This document shows, piece after piece, positions 11,309 through 26,230 of a DNA stretch of 64,000 nt; position 1 is the first letter of the stretch; each line of letters opens with the position of its first letter. The stretch is taken from contig OX597830.1 of NCBI GenBank assembly GCA_951406725.2, positions 27,280,001-27,344,000 of the forward strand. Direction: 5' to 3'. A model generated the notes under the pieces. It did no database searches, was not told where the DNA came from, and was given only the letters and a program-made list of their open reading frames with translations. A program made the translations under genes and the position numbers. Source of the DNA: Octopus vulgaris. Its lineage: Eukaryota.

Positions 11309-11686
11309 CACTTGCGTCAGAAATTAATTAGCACTTCTCAAATTTCTACATTAAATAGGTTAAATCAATTAACCCATGAGCTGTTCAAAACGTCTTACGC
11401 GATGAGAAAACTTAGTACGGTGTGATTTCGGTCCTTGCGAAGCGCTACCTATATCTATTAAACAAAGGAATTTGTCTGCATCCGCACTCTAAGTTGTTGT
11501 TGCACTGCTATGTCAACATCATAAGGCTGTAGACTCTCAAACTGCTCTGCAAACAAAGTTACGTCATCGTTCTGCGCAACAGTGAACTCGCAACAAAGCA
11601 ATAGTTCGAGATATGGCCACTAGGTGACAGCACATACCTTGAGTGAAGAGCAAATCAAGGGTGCTAATTAATTTCTGACGGTAGTG
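11309..11686. mobile_element. Tc1-type MITE
   Basis: TA-cacttgcgtcagaaattaattagcac ... gtgctaattaatttctgacggtagtg-TA. Confidence 0.8.
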
Positions 11687-12474
11687 TATACATTAGATTA
11701 AGCGTTTACCACGTTACCACAATCTACTTGGTTGAAATTCCGTCAGTTCTACGCCCATTATTACCATTGGCAATAAAACATGTAACTGAAGAGAAAACTA
11801 CAAGATATGTCCTTCCTCATTTCTTACCACTCACATAACAAAAAAATAAAAAAAAGCAAAAAAACAAAAAAACAACAACAACAAAAGTACAGAGACTAGC
11901 GATCACCAAATGACTCAAACATGGCTGTACTGATGTTTTTTTTTTCAGGAGAGGAACACTGCTTATAATACCCCAGAGGATGTCACTCCTGAACATTAAC
12001 CAACTGGTTATATATTTTGAATCCAACGTTTTAAAGTAGGCGAAATGATCATCGGATACGGATACCGAATGATGCTTCCGTGAAATCGTACAGCCTTGAA
12101 GAGATCTCACTGACATTTATGTTTCCTTGCCAAAGAAGATCTCTGTTAACTTTACAGTAACCATATACCTGTCCTTTTTCTGTACCAAGATAGTTTTACG
12201 AGCAGTATTTCAGCATATAAAACCATCACAGCTGCTTCTCGTTTTCTTCCAAAATTCACTTTTATAGATAGACAACAACGAAATCCATTTTACGCAGCGA
12301 ACATTTTTCTCTGTAACTCACCTTTTAATCAAATAATGAAAAAGGGAAATGACGTCAACAGAGGTCGCTCTTGTGTTCCCAAAATGTTCTGGGATCAATC
12401 TGAAATGTGCAGTGGCCTCAGACACCTTTTGTGCAGTAATGAAATGGTATGATCTAAAACAGACTCGAGCGACC

Positions 12475-12599
12475 ACTTGCAGGAAGCCGCATGAAACATG
12501 GCTCGTCATCAGGTGGGCCGCACTACTAAAAAAATTCAAGCTAATTTTTCGTTAGGCGTACCATTTAGAAAGTCCCGTGGGTGGCAGTTTGCTCATGAC
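12475..12599. mobile_element. hAT (Charlie-like) element end
   Basis: gggccgcac...ttcgttaggcgtaccatttagaaagtcccgtgggtggcagtttgctcatgactg; same family as 28115-28278. Confidence 0.6.
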
Positions 12600-13505
12600 T
12601 GATATAAAACCATGTTATGTTTACACTACACTTTTGGCACAAATAACGTGTAATTAAAACTTTATTTATTTCGTAGTTGCATGCAAATGTGAAATTATTA
12701 AGTTCTGCAAAAGCAAAGTGACCCAAAAATGTATGTATGTAGGCACAATTACTCTGTTTTGTCATTAGTACCATCTGTTGGTTAATTATCTTGTCAGAAT
12801 AAAATGCTGACGTCATGAATGACACGATGCCAACAAAATATAACATATGTCATACGGGCATGTATGTATGTATGTATGTATGTACGTATGTATGTATGTA
12901 TGTATGTATGTATGTATGTATGTATGGTTGTTAAGTGCTTAAAATTAAGACGGTAGTCCTGATTTTAAAATCTGTATGTATCCTGTCGGATGCAAGATAC
13001 CATGTCTTTGACCGTATCCATGAATATTTCACACGCAATTGATGACATTCTTACAGTATTTTCCTTTTGGTATTCTTTTTTTTATTTTTATAATTTTTTT
13101 TAGAAACGAACAATTGGCACCAAAGAGGAATTCAACTGACGAGTCTGACTATAGTTCTATGCTGGAAGAAAACGGAAAGTATTTTGGAATTTTTCAAGAT
13201 GTCCGTAATCCCACACAGTCCTCACGCTCGGATGCAGAAATTAAATATGATTCTGCAATGGCTGAGAACTTAGCATTCTGTGAAGAAAACAAAATTGATG
13301 AAATTAGTCGCAAAACATTCAACTGGTTGTGTATCTATGGGATTCGTAAAGCAATATGTAACTGTTACAATGAAATACCTGGAGACATTCCAGTCGACCA
13401 CAAGAAAAGAGTCTCAAAAGGGAATAAGATATAGTCTGTCCATTGACACAGTACTGGAGCATAAATAGTGAGAGTTATCCCAACATACAACCGGCCATGT
13501 GCACA

Positions 13506-13643
13506 GAAGAAGAAGAAGAAGAAGAAGAAGAAGAAGAAGAAGAAGAAGAAGAAGAAGAAGAAGAAGAAGAAGAAGAAGAAGAAGAAGAAGAAGAAGAAGA
13601 AGAAGAAGAAGAAGAAGAAGAAGAAGAAGAAGAAGAAGAAGAA
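13506..13643. repeat. Pure (GAA)46 tract
   Basis: Read directly from the sequence. Confidence 0.95.
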
Positions 13644-13922
13644 TTTGTTGAAAATCATAGCCAAAATGATGTGCCTTTAATACTTTTTATGGTCTACTTG
13701 TTTCAGTCATGAGATTGCGGCTATGCTGGGCAAAAAAGGAAAAAAGTATGAGGGTCATTATTGCATTCCCTGGAGAAAGAGCTTTGTGCAAATTATCCTA
13801 CGAAGGAAAACACAGATGCTTATGGACACTACAGTATTCCCTGTAGGAGGAGGTTTGGTGTTCAGCATCCTATGATGAAATCCCTATATGTAATACATAC
13901 ATTGGCTCTTATATATCAAAGA

Positions 13923-14495
13923 ACACAGACATGCAGGAAGAAAAATAGACACATTTAATTTTCAAAATTTCTGATCTAAGCGTCTTTATGTAATTATTCT
14001 TTTTCATTCCAGGTGCCATTATATTAAACATTTGCGAAGAGTAACCATGCCATGCACAAAAAATTCAGCAAAACTGTCATATTTTCAAAGAGGTTGTATT
14101 GTTGGGCAGTCTGAGGCTGGTCTTGGCCAGCGAAAAATTGTCGAAAATATTCAAATTCCTCTTGCTATTGTTAATAGAATTATAGTGCAATTCAAAAGCG
14201 CAGGAAAAGAATCAACAGATTCTCGTCCCGGCCGACCTGGGCCCTCGGAAAGGAAGCTTTGCTGTTTGAAGAGAATTGTGGAAAACGAAACCCGTTCAAA
14301 GGCTTCTGACACTGCAAAACAGTTAGAAGTTAGTCCAAGAACGTGTGTTACATATCTGCATAAGATTGGGTACTATGGACGAGTAGATAAAAAAAAACAC
14401 ACACACAAAAAGACCCCCTCTTCTATAACCAATTAATATCAAATAAAAGATTTTGAAAATTAAAGGTGTCTATTTACTTCCTACATGCCCGTGTA
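13923..14495 (+). mobile_element. Internally deleted Tc1 transposon retaining the N-terminal HTH region
   Basis: About 45-bp TIRs catgcaggaagaaaaatagacacatttaattttcaaaat / attttgaaaattaaaggtgtctatttacttcctacatg; ORF 14032-14436 LSYFQRGCIVG...RPGRP... lacks the DDE domain. Confidence 0.85.
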
Positions 14496-14845
14496 TGTAG
14501 TAGAAATTCATCACATGACTGGAAAGTCTGGTGGAATTATCAATTCTTACTCCCCCAGTCTCCATGCCAGGCTTCAACAACTGATTCATATTACAGCAAT
14601 TGGATCATTTCCCCTGAGATTACTTCTCTAGCGGTTTAAAGAGATGAGAAGAATTTGCTTTATATCTCGTGAAAGTTTATTTTGGTTTCACTGAAAGAAT
14701 CAGTAACGATTTCACAATTGAGTGATGTAAATCAACCTAAAGTCTTCGAAGTAATTTTCGGCTGATGGTCGTCATATCAGACGTCCTGGTTTAATTTAAT
14801 TATTTTCGGTTTGACCATCAGTTTGGTATTATTAGGAACGTCGAG

Positions 14846-15047
14846 GTGACTAGCTGGCAGAATCGTTAGCATGCCGGACAAAATGCTTAGCGGCATTTCG
14901 TCCGTTCTTACGTTCTGAGGTTGAGGTCGACTTTGCCTTTCATCCTTTCGAGGTCAATCAAGTAAGTACCAGTTACGTACTGGAGTAGATGAAATAGATT
15001 AGCCCCCTCCTATCAAATTTCAGGCCTTGTGCCTATGGTAGAAAGGG
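14846..15047 (+). mobile_element. SINE C (alternative tail, C2)
   Basis: agctggcagaatcgttagc...gaggtcgactttgcctttcatcc...ggccttgtgcct..gtagaaagg. Confidence 0.8.
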
Positions 15048-15427
15048 TTGTTAGAAATGTCGACGTTGTACTAGAAATCACGGTGTATATTAGAAACAAA
15101 GAAGATGGAAAGATTCGGAAGCTGAAAGGAGACCGAACGAAGATTAGACTATAGATAAGCAATCAGTTAATTATCCTCCTATATATGTGTGTGTGTGTGC
15201 GTGTACACACACACACATCCTAACAAGCATAGGCTCGTATTTATTTATTTATTTATGTGTATAGATATTCACACCTATATTCGAATGTTCAATCTGAAAT
15301 AATGGCATTCCTCTTTAATATTTAAGTAACATACAGAATAATTACACGTAAGCACATGTGGAAAATATATCCACAAATTCATATATTCACAACATAACAC
15401 AAAGGAACGAAACGAGTATTAAATGTC

Positions 15428-15535
15428 AAGGGACGTAACTAATGTGAATGATTTTCAGAATTATGCTTCGTTAACGCCGATATTAATCTGCGGGAAAAAG
15501 AATTAAGCTACTCAATTAACGTAGTTGCGTCCCTT
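15428..15535. mobile_element. Small MITE-like element
   Basis: TIRs aagggacgtaacta / tagttgcgtccctt. Confidence 0.5.
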
Positions 15536-15781
15536 ACATCGATCAGCCACAACGCACGAATAATATGTTTGTTGATAAATAGACTTTTCTGGCCAGACTT
15601 TATTGGTTCATTTCCATTGTAATATTTACGAGATTATTAATAATAACTGATAATTAAATGAAAATGGGTTTGTTAATGCTGTTTATGATTTCTTCAACTT
15701 TGTGTTCGTTTTGTTTTTTTATCAAAACTTTTCAGCTACTAATTCAAACCATCTATCTGTATGTGTGTGTGTATTCATAAA

Positions 15782-15834
<53 letters not shown>

Positions 15835-15856
15835 ATATATATGTGTGCATATATGC

Positions 15857-15898
<42 letters not shown>

Positions 15899-16044
15899 AT
15901 ATATATATGTATATAAAAACATGTGTGTATTATATGTATATAAAAACTGTGTGTATGCATGCTTGTGGGTGTGTACATATGTGTGTACATATGTCTGCTT
16001 CTCTGTCTATCTGTATGTACATACATAAATGCTATGCGTGTTTT

Positions 16045-16155
16045 ATGTATGTATGTATGTATGTATGTATGTATGTATGTATGTATGTATGTATGTATGT
16101 ATGTATGTATGTATGTATGTATGTATGTATGTATGTATGTATGTATGTATGTATG

Positions 16156-16206
<51 letters not shown>

Positions 16207-16230
16207 ATATCTATCCATCTATCTATCTAT
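16045..16230. repeat. (TATG)n followed by (TATC)n
   Basis: Read directly from the sequence. Confidence 0.95.
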
Positions 16231-16417
16231 CAATGTATTTGTCTCTGCCAATCTGTCTGTCTGTCGGTTCATCCTGCCTCTCTTTCTTTTCTTTTTCTCT
16301 CTCTCACATTTATTCTGTTATGTAAACATTCTGGTTAAGACATCATACTGCTTGGCATCTAAATAGAAACAACACACACAGCTATACATAGGCACACACA
16401 CACATACACGTACATAC

Positions 16418-16455
<38 letters not shown>

Positions 16456-16485
16456 GCATCTATTCATGTATTTGCACGTAAGCTT

Positions 16486-17078
16486 GTATGTATGTATGTA
16501 TGTATGTATGTATGTATGTATGTATGTACGTAGCATGTATGTATGTATGAATGTATATATGTATGTATGTATGTATGTATATGTATATATGTATGTATGT
16601 ATGTGTGTGTGTATGTATGTATGTATGTATGTATGTGTGTATGTATGTATGTACGTAGCATGTAGGTATGTATGTATGTATGTATGTATGTATGTATGTA
16701 TGTATGTATGTATGTGTGTGTGTATATATGTATGTATGTATGTATGTACGTAGCATGTATGTATGTATGTATGTATGTATGTATGTATGTATGTATGTAT
16801 GTATGTATGTATGTATGTATGTATGTATGTATGTATGTATGTATGTATGCATGCGTATATATATATGCTTCTACATAGTATGTATGTATGCATGTATGTA
16901 TGTATGTATGTATGTATGTATGTATGTATGTATGTATGTATGTATGTATGTATGTATGTATGTATGTATGTATGTATGTATGTATGTATGTACGTAGCAT
17001 GTATGTATGTATGTATGTATGTATGTATGTATGTATGTATGTATACATGCGTATATATATATATATGCTTCTACATAG
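16486..17078. repeat. (TATG)n array with higher-order duplicated interruptions
   Basis: tacgtagcatg recurs 4 times; catgcg(ta)n-tgcttctacatagt recurs twice. Confidence 0.9.
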
Positions 17079-17213
17079 TTGTTTAAGAATATATGTCAAT
17101 AGAATACGAATGTTAATGAAAGTACACAGTACGATTTACTTACCAATGGCGAGCTTAAGAACCGGCTTTGCATTGGGTATCATACAGGATGGTAAATAAC
17201 CACTACACCATAT

Positions 17214-17480
17214 GTCCGTGGCATATGGCGTAGTGGTTAAGAGCGCGGGCTACTAAACCCAAGATTCCGTGTTCGATTCCAAGCAGTGACCTGAACAATA
17301 ATAATAATAATAATAATAATGAAAACAACATCGAAAAATACCTTAGGAATGAGAACCCAGGTTCGAAATTTTCCCAAGACACCTGATGAAGGATTGAGGG
17401 TATATCAGCCGAAACGTTGTGTTATAAACAAACAAGATGTGTTCAAATATCCGTCGAATTTAAATAATATAAATAATGTA
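17214..17480 (+). mobile_element. tRNA-headed SINE-like element ending in a hammerhead motif
   Basis: A-box tggcgtagtgg 17226-17236, B-box gttcgattcc 17271-17280, (AAT)n linker, HHR at 17378-17423. Confidence 0.7.
17378..17423 (+). ncRNA. Minimal type I hammerhead ribozyme motif
   Basis: gacac-CTGATGA-a-ggatt...cagcc-GAAA-CG-TT-gtgtt; canonical core, stem II has 2 mismatches in this copy. Confidence 0.7.
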
Positions 17481-17623
17481 AATAAGCTTGTTCATTTATA
17501 TAAAAGCAGATGTTTTTTCGGGGTTTCGTTTAGAAGAGAACATTATTTATTATTTATTTTTTTTGGGGTGAGGTTCCAAGATATGGAGTTGGTTAGATAG
17601 AAATATAGGTTGGTAGATAGGGT

Positions 17624-17670
<47 letters not shown>

Positions 17671-18271
17671 GGGTAGAGGGAAAGAGAGAGAGAAGAGGTA
17701 TCCACATTCCTATTCACCATTCATTCAAATGTTTAATTATTTCTTCCTTTGCCATTATATTGGAATGGGTTTAAGATGGTGACCACTTAAAAAAAAAGGT
17801 GTGGTTTGGTCATCACAGAAATTCTTTTTGCTTTCTTTAATCTGCTTTTTTTCTCCCCTATTTTTCTTTTTCTCTTTCTTCTTTTCTTCTTTCCCCTTTC
17901 CTTTCTTTTCCCTCCTTTCTTTCTTTTTCTCTTCTTGGAGTTTTACTTAGAATATACTCCTTCCAAACATTAATTTTTGGAGGGAATTTTTTTGATAAAG
18001 TGTATTTCTGCATACATTAGTATAATATTTGCAAATTAACAATTTGTAAAATCAATCACTAAATAAAATAAAACAAATATATATAAACTCCACAAAAACA
18101 TCAGTTTTAAATAAATGAACAAGCTGTTTGTGCATTCACATATTTGTATTTAACAAGTTCTAGAGAGGAACGAAAGCGCCAAAATAATGAAGAAATAAAA
18201 GGATTTTTTTCCAAAATTCTGACGACATTTTTTTCTCAATATTCAATTCTGTACATCACACCTAACACTCT

Positions 18272-18731
18272 ATACATACATACATACATACATACATACA
18301 TACATACATACATACATACATACATACATACATACATACATACATACGTACGTACGTACGTACGTACATACATACATACATACATACATACATACATACA
18401 TACATACATACATACATACATACATACATACATACATACATACATACATACATACATACATACATACATACATACAAACATACATACATACATACATACA
18501 TACATACATACATACATACATACATACATACATACATACATACATACATACATACATACATACATACATGCATACATAAATACATACATACATACATACA
18601 TACATAAATACATCGTACATACGTACATACATACATACATGCATACATACATACATACATACATACATACATACATACATACATACATACATACATACAT
18701 ACATACATACATACGTATATACATACATACA

Positions 18732-18760
<29 letters not shown>
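18272..18760. repeat. (TACA)n array, about 490 bp
   Basis: Read directly; abuts the 3' half of a SINE A. Confidence 0.95.
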
Positions 18761-18766
<6 letters not shown>

Positions 18767-18769
18767 GTA

Positions 18770-18980
18770 CTTGTGTGTCTGTGTTTGTTCCCTCAACATC
18801 GCTTGACAACCGATGTTGGTTTGTTTACGTCCCCGTAGTCTCGCGGTTCTGCGAAAGAGACCGATAGAATAAGTACTAAGCTTACAAAGTGTATGTCCTG
18901 GCTTCGATTTGTTCGACTAAAGGCGGTGCTCCAGCATGGCTGCAGTCAATTGACTGAAACAAGTAAAAGAATAAAAGAAT
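18770..18980 (+). mobile_element. SINE A, 3' half
   Basis: tgtttgttccc..atcgcttgacaaccgatg...ggcggtgctccagcatggctgcagtc. Confidence 0.85.
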
Positions 18981-19028
18981 ACATATATATTTATATCACG
19001 TGATCACCGTGACCGACAAGGCTATCAG

Positions 19029-19340
<312 letters not shown>

Positions 19341-19875
19341 GTACACTACATATATACACGCCAACACTTATACATATATTTCACGCGCATTTTAGAATAG
19401 GTCGTTCAATTTTAAGTTGATAGGATATGATTTGAGGAAGATTTGGTGGATATTTCTAGTAGATCGTATTGCCCGCTTAGTGGCCTCTTCCTCTGTCCAT
19501 GTTTATCTCAATATCGACTCGGTGAACTTTTTTTGGTCACTGAAAGGCCCTTTGGTTTCGCTTTATTCATCCTTCGCACTCAGTTGTACCCACACAAGCG
19601 GGAAATATACGAACACAGTGCCTTGTCTTCTGGCAAAATGTTCCTAGAAGATCCATTGATATCCGATCAGTAGACATGCTGGACATCGATTATGTATTTT
19701 TTTTTTTTTTATCGGAAGGACGACATCAAAAAAGATTACATTCCACAATATTATAGAAGCGAACCATAGGGAAATATTTGAACTTAGGGAAATCTTTGAT
19801 TGATAGCTACGATAGAGACAGAAAGACGCAAATACGTACACGCTCACGCACGAACGCACGCGTACACTAATATCA

Positions 19876-20085
19876 TTTTATCTTTTACTTGTTACAGTTT
19901 TTAGAGTGGGGCCATGATGGAGCACCGTCTTGAACAATTTTTCAGTCGAATGGATCGCCCCCAGTACTATTCTATCGGTGCCTTTTACCGTAACGCAAAG
20001 TTATAGGGACGAAAAACACACCAAAACTGTTGTCAAGCGGTGGTGGAGGACGAACACGGAGACCAGGACACACACACACATACAC

Positions 20086-20148
<63 letters not shown>

Positions 20149-20333
20149 ACACACACAAGCACATACTTACATACGACTGTAGCTTTCAGTTTCCGTCTAC
20201 CAAATCCACTTACAAATCTTTGGTACGCCCGAGGCTATAGTAGACACTTACCTAAGGTACCACGCAGTGGGACTGAAACCAGAGCCGTGTGGTTGAGAGG
20301 CATGTTTCTTAGCACACAACCACGCCGGCACCT
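19876..20333 (-). mobile_element. SINE A, full length, diverged
   Basis: Tail, internal (CA)n and head all recognisable. Confidence 0.8.
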
Positions 20334-20404
20334 ATGTGTTTCTTTTCGATTTTTAATCAGAAATCCAAATTACGGACAGCAGCTTCCTGAACTTTATAGG
20401 TACA

Positions 20405-20556
20405 GGCATGACTATGTTAAGAAGCTCGCTTCGCAACCACGCGGGTTCCGGTTTCAGTCCTACTAGGTGACAATTTGTAGGGTCTTCTATTGAAGCCACT
20501 GGCCCACCAAATCCTTGTGAGCAGATTTGATGGCGGAAAACTGTGAGGAAACCCAT

Positions 20557-20557
<1 letters not shown>
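20405..20557 (+). mobile_element. SINE A, 5' half, diverged
   Basis: gttaagaagctcgcttcgcaaccac...tcagtcc...gaaacccatc. Confidence 0.65.
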
Positions 20558-20594
<37 letters not shown>

Positions 20595-20688
20595 TGTATG
20601 TATGTATGTATGTATGTATGTATGTATGTATGTATGTATGTATATGTATATTTATATATATATATATACACGCACGCATACATACATA

Positions 20689-21042
20689 GGCGTGGGCGTG
20701 GCTGTGTGGTAAGAAGCTTGCTTCCTCACCACATGGTTGGTTCCGGGTTCAGTCCCACTACGTGGCACCTTGGGCAAGTGTCTTCTGCTATAGCCTTGAG
20801 CTGACCAAAGCCTTGTGAGTGGATTTGGTACACGGAAACTGAAAGAAGCCCGTCATGTATAAATATTTACGTGTCTGTGTTTGTCTACCATCATCGCTTG
20901 ACATCCAATGCTGGTGTGTTTACGCCCCCGTAACTTAGCATTTCGACAAAAGAGGTCGATAGGATAAGTACTAAAGCTTACAAAGAATAAATCCTGGTGC
21001 ATCAGCATGGCCGCAGTCGAAACAAGTGAACGAATAAAAGAA
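20689..21042 (+). mobile_element. SINE A, full length
   Basis: ggcgtgggcgtggctgtgtggtaagaagcttgc...cagcatggccgcagtc. Confidence 0.9.
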
Positions 21043-21053
21043 CTAATATATAT

Positions 21054-21197
<144 letters not shown>

Positions 21198-21208
21198 AAA
21201 TAAAATGA

Positions 21209-21340
21209 AAGAAAATGCTGACAAAATAATTGAAGTAATTTAAGTAATTTAATTAGGTGAAAGTTCTTTTTACCGGTAAAAAGAACTTTCACCTAATTAA
21301 ATTACTTAAATTACTTCAATTATTTTGTCAGCATTTTCTT
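21209..21340. repeat. Perfect 132-bp palindrome with no spacer
   Basis: Centre tttttACC|GGTaaaaa between 21274 and 21275; arms match base for base. Confidence 0.95.
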
Positions 21341-21397
21341 CATTTCCTTTTTTATATATCACAACTCGTGTTAGACATCTCCTTTTTATATATATAT

Positions 21398-21681
21398 ATT
21401 CTTTTATTCCTTTATACGTTTCAGCGCTAAGGCTGTGGCCACACTGGAGCACCGCCAGTGTAAGCCTCTTTTCAATGGCCAATCTTATGCAAATAGGCTT
21501 TTGGTGAAGGCAGGAGTTCGACACGGATACCCATTTTCGGTTTCCTGTCGTGATATAAATTCATTTGGGATCTTGGATAGCAAGGGGTGAAGTTGTTGCC
21601 GGAAAACCGCTATCCTTTCTCTCTCAAATGTTTTGGCAAGGCGTTAAAGAGCTGTGGACCCTTGAATCCCAAGCTACTGCA

Positions 21682-21682
<1 letters not shown>
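21398..21682 (-). mobile_element. 3' fragment of a CR1-group LINE related to 38670-41235
   Basis: Minus strand encodes SLGFKGPQLFNALPKHLR (compare SLGFKGPQLFNILPKSLR) and ends ggcggtgctccagtgtggccacagcc..gctgaaac. Confidence 0.8.
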
Positions 21683-21718
<36 letters not shown>

Positions 21719-21759
21719 CACACACACAAATGCATGTGTGCATGTTTTGCTTGCAATTG

Positions 21760-21900
21760 TTCCCTACCACCGCTTGACAACCGGTGTTGGTTTGTATTTG
21801 TCTCCGTGACTTTACGAGTAAGTAGTGGGGTTAATTCGTCAAAGCGGTGCTCGAGCATGGCCGCAATCCAATGACTAAAACAACTAAACGATAAAAATAA
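21760..21900 (+). mobile_element. SINE A, 3' part, diverged
   Basis: accgcttgacaaccggtgttgg...gcggtgctcgagcatggccgcaatcc. Confidence 0.7.
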
Positions 21901-22418
21901 GATATGAATCAATAAATAGAAAAAAAAAAAAAAACTCCTGGACTTCCTCGGAGTTTGAGAGAATCCTCTTCCCGGGACCCAAAAGCGGAGTTATTACACT
22001 TCGTAAAGTTTGTCTCCGAGGCCCCTATTGTACAAGGAAGAATTACGAAATACATACATAAATATACAAACATACAAACACACAAAAACATACAAATACA
22101 ACGCATGCGCGCACACACGTACATACACACACATATACGCACATATATCGATAAATACACGCGCAGGTACCATTACTTATACCCGCGGGGTATCTATACG
22201 TGTGTTATCTGTATATGAATAATGTGTTTTGTGTGAACAGAGAATATCTTAAAACTCATCTCCATAAATTAACGAATGGTTGAGCGGGATGATGGTAGTG
22301 ACAATATAAGCATGAAATATACATAAATACATGCTTACCTACAAAGGCTTAAGCGCATACATACGTGCGTATGAATATATGCATACATACATGCATAAAT
22401 TCACTTTCACTCACACGC

Positions 22419-24300
<1,882 letters not shown>

Positions 24301-24711
24301 TGACTGTATATCGTCAGTATTTGTATACGTACGTGTATGTTGTGGATTCTCCGTCGGTCTCGACGATGAGTTTCAATTGTTCAATCAAGTCTATTCTAAC
24401 TTATGAAATCAATATACAAGCGATTTGGTATTCAAGAGACACGTGTAACCGTAATTATCAGGTTGGCATAACGTGACGCAATGCGATGAGGTTGGAGATG
24501 TAAATTAAAGAAACAATAAACAGCAAAAAAAAAAAAAAAAAGAAGGAAAGAAAGAAAGAAAGAAAAAAGTAACGGTGTTGTAACGTTACTTGCTAAAGCA
24601 CCCCTGAAAAGATGCTGAATACAGTAGATCACGGCGCGATACGAACGTGCATCACACAGCCGGATCGATTACTATAAGGTACTTTATCCGGTTTTCCAGC
24701 AATTTGCTTTT

Positions 24712-24813
<102 letters not shown>

Positions 24814-24887
24814 ATATATATGTGTGTGTGTGTGTGAGTGTGTGTATGTATATATATATGTGTGTGTGTGTGTATATATATATAAGT

Positions 24888-24918
<31 letters not shown>

Positions 24919-25630
24919 CATACACACATACATACATACATATGTTTGTGTCTGTAATATGCATAATCGGTTAGCTCTTCATAAGTCCGAAAAAAAGCAG
25001 ACTAAAAAAATTTTGAGCAGACCATAGAAACTTTGCTTGGCCGAGAGGGCAAGGATTCTAAAAAAACTCGGTTAACTCGGATGCCTTGCTAAATTCCAAA
25101 AGTGAGATGTTTAGTCGGTGCCCTCATGAGAAAAAAATTGATGCTTGACACATGGAATTCCCCATTTGCTGACTAGCGAACGGAAATCGTACAAACAACA
25201 GATTCTTTTCGGACACAACTGGAACCTGTCAAAGGGAGAGAACTTCATCTCATCGAGAAGAGCTTTCGCTTCGGGAAATTTCGTTTCAGGGTTGCTTTTT
25301 TTTTCACAAACCTGGCTGATTAAGAGTGTATTTCTACTCTATTAGTAAAGAGCTTATGTGCTTCCGGCCAGCATGTCCGTTGAGTCGCCGATATTGCTAA
25401 GAGTATATTAGGCGTGAAGTCAATGTTTACTTTCTGGCAGGGCTTTTACGTGATAACGGAGATTCATTTCAATTAGTTACTTAAGTTGAAGCACCAAGTC
25501 AGTCCGGTATTATCCGCACAGCTCAAAGTAAGGTGATTAAAATCAAAATAAGCAACACGATATCAAGAAATGATGCAGTACGACCGAAACTTATATTAAT
25601 GTGTCCAACTGACTAAAATTCGATTTATTT

Positions 25631-25718
25631 GTGCAGCTGATGATGGCACTGCATTTAAACTGATGTAATGATTGCATTGTTCAAATAAATGGAGCCGCTT
25701 GAAACGGCCGTACTGCAT
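25631..25718 (+). ncRNA. Hammerhead ribozyme motif with long, imperfect stem II, in a fold-back element
   Basis: gtgcag-CTGATGA-...-GAAA-cggccg-TA-ctgcat; inverted arms at 25541-25586 and 25705-25750. Confidence 0.65.
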
Positions 25719-25796
25719 CACTTCTTGATATCCTGTTGCTTATTTTGATTATACACTCACACACACACACACGTACATATATATATATATATATTA

Positions 25797-25972
25797 GGCG
25801 CAGGCGTGGCTGTTTGGTAAGAAGCTTGCTTCCTAACCGTATGGTTTCGGGTTCAGTCCCACTGCGTGGCATCTTGGGGTAGTGTCTTCTACTATAGCCT
25901 CGGGCCGACCAAAGCCTGTTGAGTGGATTTGGTAGACGGAAACTGAAAGAAGCCCGTCGTATATATGTATTA

Positions 25973-26014
<42 letters not shown>

Positions 26015-26230
26015 TTATGTGTGTGTGTCTTCTTGTCATTGTTTGTCCTCACCATCGCTTGACAACCGATGTTGATGCGTTTATGTCCCCGAAACTTAGC
26101 GGTTCGGCAAAAGGGGCCGATAGAATAAGTACTAGGTTTACAAATAATAAGTTCTGGGGTCGATTTCTTTGACTAAAAACGGTGCTCAAGCATGGCTGCA
26201 GTCAGATGACTGAAACGTGTAAAAGAGTAA
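25797..26230 (+). mobile_element. SINE A, full length
   Basis: Head, core, internal (TA)n and tail present. Confidence 0.9.

Noticed and set aside
11945-12300. Possible hAT transposase remnant on the minus strand (..DDHFAYFKTL..)
   Set aside because: Similarity is too faint and frameshifted to support without a search.
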